Made by a program: the position numbers and the translations under genes. 64,000 nt of DNA from Nitrospirota bacterium. Lineage in GTDB: Bacteria > Nitrospirota > Nitrospiria > Nitrospirales > Nitrospiraceae. The stretch covers positions 3,547 to 67,546 of the forward strand of contig JAGWTI010000004.1 of assembly GCA_028876065.1 (NCBI GenBank), written 5' to 3'. Below, piece after piece: positions 1-8,596 of the stretch; the first letter of the stretch is position 1; every line of letters starts with the position of its first letter. Under the pieces are notes generated by a model, which worked only from the letters and a program-made list of their open reading frames with translations, ran no database searches and was not told the origin of the DNA.

Positions 1-36
1 TTCTTTGATCGCTTGCTCGCTGGTGGGGCGGTTCAT
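1..36 (-). CDS. 5' end (12 codons, MNRPTSEQAIKE...) of a gene running off the left edge; product unknown
   Basis: ATG at 36..34 with a GGGAG Shine-Dalgarno (complement of 43..47). An ArsR-type inverted repeat lies just upstream at 60..75. Only 12 codons are visible. Confidence 0.35.
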   Translation of the reverse strand, partial: MNRPTSEQAIKE

Positions 37-59
37 GGTCTTCTCCCTTCTATGCATCT

Positions 60-75
60 ATCAATAAATGTTGAT
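60..75. promoter_or_regulatory. Imperfect inverted repeat ATCAATAAATGTTGAT, candidate ArsR/SmtB-type operator for the gene starting at 36
   Basis: Near-identical to the perfect repeat ATCAAT-AAAA-ATTGAT at 436..451 upstream of the ArsR-family gene. It lies between the arsR-like stop (97) and the next gene's start (36). Confidence 0.35.
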
Positions 76-96
76 GGCTTTGGGTAAAAAAATAGC

Positions 97-423
97 TCAG
101 TCGCAGCAGGGAGCGGCCGGCCTGACTTTCAGCCGTTTGTCCTTGAATGAATCGAGCCATCGCCCGATTTCGCTTATCGCATCATCGTCCAACGAATAGT
201 AAATCCAGCGCCCTTCCCGACGGTCTTTAAGCAGGCCTGCGTCTTTGAGTGTCTTGAGATGAAACGAGAGCCGGGATTGACCGGTTTGGAGAAACTCGGT
301 CAGGTCGCACACACACTGTTCGCCCTCCAGCAGCCGTTCGATGATCTTGAGCCTGGTCTCGTCGGCCAAGGCATGGAACCAGAGGGCTGCCTGCCCCAAG
401 TCTTTGGTGCGCGTCGCAATCAT
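97..423 (-). CDS. ArsR/SmtB-family metalloregulatory transcriptional repressor (108 aa)
   Basis: ATG verified at 423..421. Typical family core 'LADETRLKIIERLLEGEQCVCDL...GQSRLSFHLKTLKDAGLL..RREGRWIYYSL', with a C-terminal Cys pair (..APCCD). Confidence 0.9.
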   Translation of the reverse strand: MIATRTKDLGQAALWFHALADETRLKIIERLLEGEQCVCDLTEFLQTGQSRLSFHLKTLKDAGLLKDRREGRWIYYSLDDDAISEIGRWLDSFKDKRLKVRPAAPCCD

Positions 424-435
424 GCATCACAATGT

Positions 436-451
436 ATCAATAAAAATTGAT
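436..451. promoter_or_regulatory. Perfect 6-4-6 inverted repeat ATCAAT-AAAA-ATTGAT, candidate autoregulatory ArsR operator
   Basis: Located 13-28 nt upstream of the ArsR-family ATG (423). ATCAAT and ATTGAT are exact reverse complements. A second copy lies at 60..75. Confidence 0.4.
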
Positions 452-491
452 TAGTCAAGGGGGTGCGCAGGTGCCTGTCTGGGTTAGGGCT

Positions 492-1295
492 TTAACGGGT
501 GCGCAGCAGTCGTAAATGCCTTCCCGTCAAAGTTCCAATCCGTTCGTGCAGATGGGCCGGCATGGCACGGGCTCGGTCGCGCGCCCGGCGCCAGTCTTGT
601 GCGATGAGGGCCTGCGACTTCAGTCTGAGCTTGGCGGCCAGCTTCCGGAACTGGGCCAGCTCTTCATACTCACCCAGGACGGTTTGGGCTTGTTTGAGCC
701 AGGCCACAAGATCAGGCCTGGCATAGGGCGCGTCGAGCGCCCATTCTTCTTGATAGCGAATGGATTTGATCATGAGCCGGAGACGATGGAGTGTCTTGCG
801 TCGGGGATCGGCTGAGGCCTGGGCGATCAGCTTGCGCAGGCGGTCGGCATGCCGATGCCGCAAGGCGATGAGGTGCCGGCCCATCCAATCGGAAGGGGCC
901 GGGGTGGGGGGGAGGGCATGGCGCTCAACCATGCACTCGACCTTCCTGTAGGTCCGTTTCTTCTTCAGCTTGCCCTCCACGGCCCGGATCCGCTGCGTGA
1001 CGAGCCGACGATCCCGTCCCGGGGCATCGAAGCGGTCCAGATACTGGTCGAACACGTGCAACGTGCGGAGCCGGCTGAAACGGGAGACGCTACGGGCGAT
1101 GATCGCGGCACTGTCTTCTTCCCCCACCAGTTCCAGATACGCTTGCAGGCGCCGCAGATGGGTGCGCAGCCGGTGCAAGGTCTTGGGCCGGCGGTCCCCT
1201 GCCGCCAGGGCTGCCAGCGCGTGCAACGCCGTGGTCCGATACCGAGAGACCCGATCCTGGCCCGCCAGGTGTGTCTGTAGAGTGTGTCCGGCCAT
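492..1295 (-). CDS. CHAD domain-containing protein (267 aa)
   Basis: ATG verified at 1295..1293. Helical, Arg/His-rich, with the repeated CHAD signature 'KTLHRLRTHLRRLQAYLE' and 'KTLHRLRLMIKSIRYQEE'. Confidence 0.8.
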   Translation of the reverse strand: MAGHTLQTHLAGQDRVSRYRTTALHALAALAAGDRRPKTLHRLRTHLRRLQAYLELVGEEDSAAIIARSVSRFSRLRTLHVFDQYLDRFDAPGRDRRLVTQRIRAVEGKLKKKRTYRKVECMVERHALPPTPAPSDWMGRHLIALRHRHADRLRKLIAQASADPRRKTLHRLRLMIKSIRYQEEWALDAPYARPDLVAWLKQAQTVLGEYEELAQFRKLAAKLRLKSQALIAQDWRRARDRARAMPAHLHERIGTLTGRHLRLLRTR

Positions 1296-1382
1296 GGTTC
1301 TTGTCCTGCTATGCCTGCTTCACGCGGGGAATGCGGTTATGGTAGAGTCGTTCCGCCCGCTGAGACGATGAAGGAGAGGCCT

Positions 1383-1886
1383 ATGGACTGTATCCTGTTT
1401 CGACATGGCATCGCCCTGGAGCCGGAGGAGTGGAAGGGGGCCGAGGTCCAGCGGCCGCTGACGCCCAAGGGGGCCGAGCGAGTGCGCGAGGGGGCCGCAG
1501 GGCTCGTGCAACTCGGCGTGGAGCCGACCCATATCCTGTCCAGTCCGCTGCTGCGCGCCTTCGACACCGCGAAAATCATCCGGGACAAGCTGCGGACCCG
1601 CCTGGAAATACTGATCTGCGAAGAGTTGGTGCCGGATGCGTCGCCGGATAAATTGCTGCCCTTGCTGGCCGGCCTTCCCGATGACGCCTGCGTGATCTGT
1701 GTGGGCCATGAACCCCATCTCGGTGAAGCGGCCGGCGTCCTGCTGTTCGGCCGTCCGGCGGCCGGGCTCTCGCTCAAGAAAGCCGGCGCGTGTTGCATCC
1801 GGTTCGAAGGACCGCCGAAAGCCGGGCAGGGCATGTTGCGTTGGTGGTTGGCTCCCTCTCAACTCAGGAGTTTGGGGACCACGTAG
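1383..1886 (+). CDS. sixA: Phosphohistidine phosphatase SixA (histidine phosphatase superfamily)
   Basis: 'ILFRHGIA' (RHG motif), 'LTPKG', 'CVGHEPHLG'. ATG at 1383 follows GAAGGAGAGG; alternative ATG at 1368. The maximal ORF starts at 1284. Confidence 0.8.
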   Translation: MDCILFRHGIALEPEEWKGAEVQRPLTPKGAERVREGAAGLVQLGVEPTHILSSPLLRAFDTAKIIRDKLRTRLEILICEELVPDASPDKLLPLLAGLPDDACVICVGHEPHLGEAAGVLLFGRPAAGLSLKKAGACCIRFEGPPKAGQGMLRWWLAPSQLRSLGTT

Positions 1887-2625
1887 CCGACTCCTCCGCC
1901 GCGGCGGCCGCCCCGGTCGACGCCAATTGGGTCCGGCCGTTCTTGAGCAGGGGCTCGATCTTGACCCGCAGCGCCTCTTGGATTTCCTCCGGCGGCTTGC
2001 GGGCGTCCACCACTTCGAATGTGAACTCCTCGGCCATCTTGTCGAATTCCTCGATCAGCAACCCCTGGTATTTTTTGAAGCTGTCGTAGAGATCGCCCCC
2101 CAGCCGCAAGTCCATCCCGGATTCCCAGAAGTTCATCCCCTTGGTTTCGATGACCCGCAGGGCCAGCGTGTCCACGTCGATCCGCAGGTAGCAGACCAGG
2201 TCGGGAATGACCGCAAAGCCGAAGACATCCCTGATCCAGGACCGGTCCCCGCTGCGGACGAAGTCCCGGGCGAAGGCCGTGTAAATGTACCGGTCGGCCA
2301 ACACGATGAAGCCGGAGCGGAGCGCCGGGATGATCTGATGCTCCAGGCGGTCGGCAAAGTCGGTGGCGTAGAGCAGGCTGAACGACCAACGGTCCAGGAT
2401 GTTGCCCTGCTTGGCCATCTCGATGGTCTTGGACATGAGGTTGGACCGGGTCCAGCCGGTGGTGACCACGCCGTACCCCTGCACCTCGAGCCACTCCTGG
2501 AGCATCTCGATGTGCGTGGAGCGGCCCACGCCGTCGGTGCCCTCGATGGCGATCAGCTTGCCTTTGAGTTCATTCAGATTTTGGTACGGCAAACCGTCGC
2601 CAAAATACTGTCTCGCGTTTTCCAT
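1864..2625 (-). CDS. Thymidylate-kinase-like P-loop kinase, paralog B (253 aa), with Walker A Lys replaced by Arg
   Basis: 'KLIAIEGTDGVGRSTHIEML' (GxxGxGRST), 'LADRYIYTAFARD' (DRY motif). ATG verified at 2625..2623. It overlaps the upstream paralog by 56 nt; a TTG at 2592 would give a 23 nt overlap. Confidence 0.75.
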   Translation of the reverse strand: MENARQYFGDGLPYQNLNELKGKLIAIEGTDGVGRSTHIEMLQEWLEVQGYGVVTTGWTRSNLMSKTIEMAKQGNILDRWSFSLLYATDFADRLEHQIIPALRSGFIVLADRYIYTAFARDFVRSGDRSWIRDVFGFAVIPDLVCYLRIDVDTLALRVIETKGMNFWESGMDLRLGGDLYDSFKKYQGLLIEEFDKMAEEFTFEVVDARKPPEEIQEALRVKIEPLLKNGRTQLASTGAAAAAEESATWSPNS

Positions 2626-3325
2626 GGGTACCCCGTTTCGGCTTGTAATGCTCCAGGGCCTTGAACACCAGCTGGCGCATATCGTTCTGCTGCTCTTCGA
2701 TCTCCTTGGTGGCGTCCATCGTGATCAGCCCGTATTCGCTCACGATCTTGTCGTATTCCAGCAGGATGCGGGACTGGAAGACGCGGAAGCTCTCCGTCAT
2801 GTCCTGGCTCAGGCCCATGTCCATGCCGGCTTCGTAATACTTGAGCTGGGCGCGCATCCCCCCCAGCAACCGGCTGATGGCCACCTCGATCGGCACCTTG
2901 AAGTAAAAGGCCATGTCCGGCCGGACGGCGAACCCGTAGAGCTTGCGCACCCAGGCCGGCGACACGCCGCGCACGGCGTCGCGCGCGAACGCCGTGTAGG
3001 CGTAGCGGTCGGCCAGCACCACCATGCCGGCTTTGAGCGGCGGCAGGATGTCGTAGTAGAGCCGGTTCGCAAAGTCGGTGGCATGGAGCAGGCTGAACGT
3101 CGTGGGGGTGAGGGACTTGTTCTTCTTCCCGCGGCGGGTCGTCTCGCGGACCAGTTCGGACGAATTCCACTCGGTGAAGAAGACGTTGTACCCCTTGGAG
3201 GTCAGCCATTTCTGCAGCAGCAGCAACTGGGTGCTTTTGCCGGAGCCGTCGATGCCTTCCACGATGATCAGCTTGCCGGGGTAGGGATGCGGTTGATTGA
3301 ACGTGATCGGCGGAGGGGGCGTCAT
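2570..3325 (-). CDS. Thymidylate-kinase-like P-loop kinase, paralog A (251 aa), canonical Walker A
   Basis: 'KLIIVEGIDGSGKSTQLLLL', 'LADRYAYTAFARD'. The ATG at 3325..3323 overlaps the ppx stop as ATGA. Confidence 0.8.
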   Translation of the reverse strand: MTPPPPITFNQPHPYPGKLIIVEGIDGSGKSTQLLLLQKWLTSKGYNVFFTEWNSSELVRETTRRGKKNKSLTPTTFSLLHATDFANRLYYDILPPLKAGMVVLADRYAYTAFARDAVRGVSPAWVRKLYGFAVRPDMAFYFKVPIEVAISRLLGGMRAQLKYYEAGMDMGLSQDMTESFRVFQSRILLEYDKIVSEYGLITMDATKEIEEQQNDMRQLVFKALEHYKPKRGTHGKRETVFWRRFAVPKSE

Positions 3326-4884
3326 GCGGAGACTCCTTCACGGGTGAGCGAGCCGACCGCCTCGAACTGGACCGGCCGCTTGAAGACTTTTTCGAAGAGG
3401 TCGGCGCGGTTGCGGGCCGACCAGATTTCCAGCTCGGGGTCGCCGCCGGTTTTGAGCATGATGCGCAAGGGCGTGCCCACCGAGACGCGGAGGTCCTGAA
3501 TCACCGAGAACTGGCTGCGGTCCAAGGCGTCGGCGATGCGGAGCAGCGCGCTGAGGACCTGCACGGCCTTCCGGCTTTTGGGCGGCAGCTCGGCCAAGCC
3601 GGCATGGGTGTCGCGGGGGAGCGCCCGGCGATGGTAGCGCGCGACGTTGGCGATGATGTCCACCTCGTCCGCGGTCAATCCGTAGAGGTCGCTGTGCTTG
3701 ATCAGATAGTAGGCGTGCTTGTGGTGCTGGCGCGAATTGATCAGGTACCCGACGTCGTGGAGGATGGCCGCATACTCCAGCCATTCCCGCTCCCGCTCGC
3801 CCAGCCCGTGCAGGGGCGCGGTTTGATCGAACAGCCGCGTCGCCAGGAACGCGACGTGGTCCGCATGCACCTGGGGATAGTGGCAGCGCCGCGCCAGGTA
3901 GACGACGTTGCGGCGGCGGACGTTGGGGATCTCCTGCTCGGTGCGGAGACGGTCCCGGTGGCGCGCAATGAAGTCGTAGATGAGCCCTTCCCGGATCGCC
4001 TTGTCGCTGACCGTCATCTGTTCGTGCCCGGTCCGGTCCATGAGACTGCGGAACACCATGGCGGCCGGCAACAGGGTGTCGGCTCGCTTCGGGTCCAGGC
4101 CGGGGATCGCCAGCCGGTCCTTGAAGCTGGCATGGGTCAGCAGGCTTTCCACCGCCTGGATTTCCTTGCGGGTGATGCGGGTCAGGTTGATCTGGGTCAG
4201 GGGGCGGCCGGTGCGGCGCAGATAGATGACTTCGGTGAGGTTCGCGGCCATGCCGGAGGTGGCCACCAGGCGCTCGAACGACTTGGTCTTGAACTGTCGC
4301 AGCGCCTCCTTGAGTTGCTGATCGACGGCTTCTTGCAGTTTCTTGAGCATGGCCTTGGTGGGCGGGTCCTGCCGGAGATAGAGGTCTTTCAGCCGGATCG
4401 CGCCGAGCTTGAGGCTTTGGGCCTGAGCCATGGCCTCGCGGTTGCCGACGATCAGTTCCACCGACCCGCCGCCCACGTCCACGACCAGCGTCGGCTCCTC
4501 GGACAGGTCCATGCTGTGGCGAACGCCCAGGTAGATCAGGCGGGCTTCTTCCTGCCCCGTCACCACGCGCACCCGGAGCTTGGTCTGCCGGGCGATCTCT
4601 TCGATGAACTCGCCCCCGTTCTTGGCCTCGCGCACGGCGCTGGTGGCGACGGCCTTGATCCGGTCGTAGCCCTTGTTGCGGGCCAGGGTGGTGAGCGTCC
4701 GGATGACTTCCAGCGCGCGGGTCATGGCGGCTTCCGAGAGGCGGCGGGTCTTGAAGGCCCCGTCGCCCAGGCGGGTCATGTCTTTGAACCGATCCAGGAC
4801 CTTGTAGGAAAAGTCCGGCTCGACCTCCGCCAAGACCATGTGGATCGAGTTGGTGCCGATGTCGAGGACCGCAAGCTTGGCCAT
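3322..4884 (-). CDS. ppx: Ppx/GppA-family exopolyphosphatase / guanosine pentaphosphate phosphohydrolase with C-terminal HD domain (520 aa)
   Basis: 'LAVLDIGTNSIHMVLAEV', 'VDVGGGSVELI' (ASKHA fold), and the HD region 'AAILHDVGYLI..HHKH..YLI'. ATG verified at 4884..4882. Confidence 0.9.
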   Translation of the reverse strand: MAKLAVLDIGTNSIHMVLAEVEPDFSYKVLDRFKDMTRLGDGAFKTRRLSEAAMTRALEVIRTLTTLARNKGYDRIKAVATSAVREAKNGGEFIEEIARQTKLRVRVVTGQEEARLIYLGVRHSMDLSEEPTLVVDVGGGSVELIVGNREAMAQAQSLKLGAIRLKDLYLRQDPPTKAMLKKLQEAVDQQLKEALRQFKTKSFERLVATSGMAANLTEVIYLRRTGRPLTQINLTRITRKEIQAVESLLTHASFKDRLAIPGLDPKRADTLLPAAMVFRSLMDRTGHEQMTVSDKAIREGLIYDFIARHRDRLRTEQEIPNVRRRNVVYLARRCHYPQVHADHVAFLATRLFDQTAPLHGLGEREREWLEYAAILHDVGYLINSRQHHKHAYYLIKHSDLYGLTADEVDIIANVARYHRRALPRDTHAGLAELPPKSRKAVQVLSALLRIADALDRSQFSVIQDLRVSVGTPLRIMLKTGGDPELEIWSARNRADLFEKVFKRPVQFEAVGSLTREGVSA

Positions 4885-4890
4885 AGAAGC

Positions 4891-4919
4891 AGCTTAGAAG
4901 GGGCGAGGCGGCAAGTCAA
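4891..4919 (-). promoter_or_regulatory. Sigma-70-like promoter TTGACT-N17-TAAGCT placed so that transcription would start at or next to the ppx ATG (leaderless)
   Basis: The minus strand reads TTGACT (4919..4914), a 17 nt spacer, TAAGCT (4896..4891), 6 nt, then ATG (4884). No Shine-Dalgarno lies in front of the ppx ATG. Confidence 0.35.
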
Positions 4920-5078
4920 TCAGCTGTTTTTTCAGTGAAATCATATATCTCCGAATGTCGCCTGGATGCCGGGCGGAGCGAACGGGCAAATTCCTTCTGT
5001 CGGAGCAGGCCCACGTTGAGCGGCCTTTTCACATCCAAGCGGCACAGGTGATGGTCTCCCGACGTGCAACGGCTCAGT

Positions 5079-5747
5079 TTATGACGGAACCGGAGGGGCG
5101 GTGTGCCGGATGATCTTGCCTTCCACCATGTAGACCACCAGTTCCGCCATGTTGGTGGCGTGGTCGGCGATGCGCTCGATGTACTTGCCGATGAACGTCA
5201 GCCGGATGGCCCGCGTGATCGTTTTGGGATCCTCGATCATGAACGAGAGCAGCTCGCGGAACAACTGCTCCGTCAGATCGTCCACGAAGTCGTCGTCGGC
5301 GCAGACTTTTCTGGCCAAGGCCGCGTCGTGGCGCACGAAGGCATCCAGCGTTTCTTTGACCATGCGCATGGTCCAGTTCGCCATGCGCGGCAAGTCGATG
5401 TAGGGCTTGAGCTGGGGTTCCTCGTTGAGTTCGAGGGCCCGCTCGGCGATGTTCTCGGCCAGATCGCTCATCCGTTCCAGCTCGGTGGAGAGTTTCATGG
5501 CGGTGGTCACGAACCGCAGATCTCCCGCCGTCGGCTGTTGCAGGGCCAGGACCCGGACGCAGTTCTCGTCGATCTCGACATCCATGGCGTTGACGGTCCG
5601 GTCGTTGGCGATGATCCGGCGGGCCAACTCCGAGTCCCGGTCGACCAGGGCTTTCATGGCGTCTCGGATCTGTTGTTCGACGAGACCGCCCATGCGGAGG
5701 ATCTGCTCGTTGATGCGGGCCAGCTCTTCGTCCAAATGACGTTGCAT
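5079..5747 (-). CDS. phoU: Phosphate signalling complex protein PhoU (222 aa)
   Basis: Two PhoU repeats ('D..VN..D.EIDE', 'ERI.DHA.N'). ATG at 5747..5745 with a GGGGAG SD. Confidence 0.95.
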   Translation of the reverse strand: MQRHLDEELARINEQILRMGGLVEQQIRDAMKALVDRDSELARRIIANDRTVNAMDVEIDENCVRVLALQQPTAGDLRFVTTAMKLSTELERMSDLAENIAERALELNEEPQLKPYIDLPRMANWTMRMVKETLDAFVRHDAALARKVCADDDFVDDLTEQLFRELLSFMIEDPKTITRAIRLTFIGKYIERIADHATNMAELVVYMVEGKIIRHTAPPVPS

Positions 5748-5760
5748 AACTCCCCCGTGC

Positions 5761-5951
5761 GCAGGATGTTGAAAAAGTCCGCCAGCGTTGTTCTCGCGGC
5801 GCTCAGAGGCTCACCATACGGAAAGACAGGAGGCAAAGTACTTCTCCGCTCGCATGTGATCGAAGCGAGCGGTTCAAGCAAAGCTTGGTATGTACCGCGT
5901 CGCCTCTTCGCTGGCTGCGGCCTCGCTGGACGGCCTTTTTGACCGTCCTGC
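5761..5951. other. About 190 nt long imperfect palindrome (nested hairpin) in the pstB-phoU spacer; structured RNA or MITE-like element
   Basis: The outer arms 5761..5787 (gcaggatgttgaaaaagtccgccagcg) and 5924..5951 (cgctggacggcctttttgaccgtcctgc) are largely complementary. A concentric perfect 8 bp stem CCGCTCGC/GCGAGCGG sits at 5846..5853 and 5865..5872. Confidence 0.4.
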
Positions 5952-6011
5952 TGGGCGTGAGGCGTGAACCGTGACGCGACAATAGGCCCTGATGCGACTG
6001 CCGTCACGGTT

Positions 6012-6925
<914 letters not shown>

Positions 6926-6929
<4 letters not shown>

Positions 6930-8596
6930 ACGGCGGAGGCGGCGTAGCGTTTGCGCAAGTGGTTGCGAATCATCACCGCCACCAGGTTCAGCAAGACCAC
7001 GACCGCGATCAGCGTCAGCGTGGTCATGTAGACCATCGGCTTGGCCGCTTCCACGTTCGGAGATTGGAAGCCGACGTCGTAGATGTGAAACCCCAGGTGC
7101 ATGAACTTGCGGTCCAGGTGCAGGAAGGGAAACTGTCCGTCCACCGGAAGGTCCGGGGCGAGCTTGACCACGCCGGTCAGCATCAGCGGCGCCACTTCGC
7201 CGGCCGCGCGGGCCATGGCCAGGATCAAGCCGGTCAGAATGCCGGGGAGGGCGCAGGGCAGCACCACATGCCGGATGGTTTCCAGCTTCGTCGCCCCCAG
7301 GGCGATGGACCCTTCCCGGAAATCCCGCGGCACGGACGAGAGCCCTTCTTCCGTGGCGACGATCACGACCGGCACGGTCAGCAGGGCCAGCGTGAGCGAC
7401 GCCCAGAGGATGCCGCCGGTTCCATAGGTGGGGTTGGGAAGCGCTTCGGGAAAGAAGAGCGCATCGACGGTCCCGCCGACGGTGTAGACGAAGAAGCCCA
7501 AGCCGAACACGCCGAACACGATCGAGGGCACGCCGGCAAGGTTGTTGACCGCGATGCGGACAAGCTGGACCAAGGGCCCCTGGCGGGCATATTCCCGCAA
7601 ATACAGGGCCGCCATGACGCCGAAGGGCATGACGGCGACCGTCATGATCAGGACCATCATGACCGTGCCGAAGATCGTGGGGAAGATGCCGCCCTCGGTG
7701 TTGGCTTCCCGCGGTTCGCCGGAGAGGAACTCCCAGAGGTTGCCCAAGTACGTCAAAGTTTTCAGGGACCAATCCATCTCGTTCGGGCGCAGCGCGGTGA
7801 TGACCTTTGACAGGGGAAGCCGGACTTCCTGCCCCGTGGACAGACTCACGGCGACTTCGTAGGCGCCGGCCTGGCGACGCAGGCTGTCCAGGGTAGCCGC
7901 CTGGCGTTGGTACTCCTCTTCCAGGCCGGCCATGGTTTGCTGAAGACCCAGGTCGGTCGTGGTCTCGTCGTCGGTCAGGCGGTTGTCGAGCCGTAAGGCT
8001 TGCCGCTGGAGGCGCAGGGACTCCAGCCGGCGGTTGATCTCGCCGATCTCGTCATGCTCGATCCGGTGAATGCGCTCGTGCAGCCGGTTGGCCTGTTCGA
8101 TCAGCGGCAACAAGGCCGGCCAGGCGGCGGGGCCTTCCGCGACCGGCGCCGCCTCGCGATAGAGGGCGCGCACGCGCCCATAGAGCGGCCCCCATTCCCG
8201 TCGGTTGAAGACCGTCAGGTCGAACGGCTTGGCTTGTGCGACGACGGCGTCCGCGTCCACCCACTTGAAGTCGTAGCCGAAGGCGTCCTGGTTGCCGACG
8301 CGGAATCGCGTGCGCCGTTTGCCGTCCGGATGGGCCTGGCTCGTCGAATGGGGAATCGTCTCGCTGTTGATCGGCTGGCCGATCAGGGTCCGGCCGTCGG
8401 CGAGCCGGATTTCCAGGATGTCCGCCGGCCAGAACTGTCCCAGCCCCTTGACCATGATCAGGCCCAGCAACGCGCCGATCATCAGGAGGCTGAGCGCGAC
8501 GCCGGAGGCGGTCAGCCAGACGAAGAGTTCGCCGCTCTTCCAGAACGCCTTGAGGGGGGCGCGTGTCATGGCGTGGCCGCCTCTCGCGTCATGCAT
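6926..8596 (-). CDS. pstA: Phosphate ABC transporter permease PstA, long form with a large N-terminal periplasmic/coiled-coil insert (about 556 aa)
   Basis: C-terminal permease core '[25 protein letters not shown]'. ATG at 8596 (8 nt overlap with pstC) or at 8569. Confidence 0.9.
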
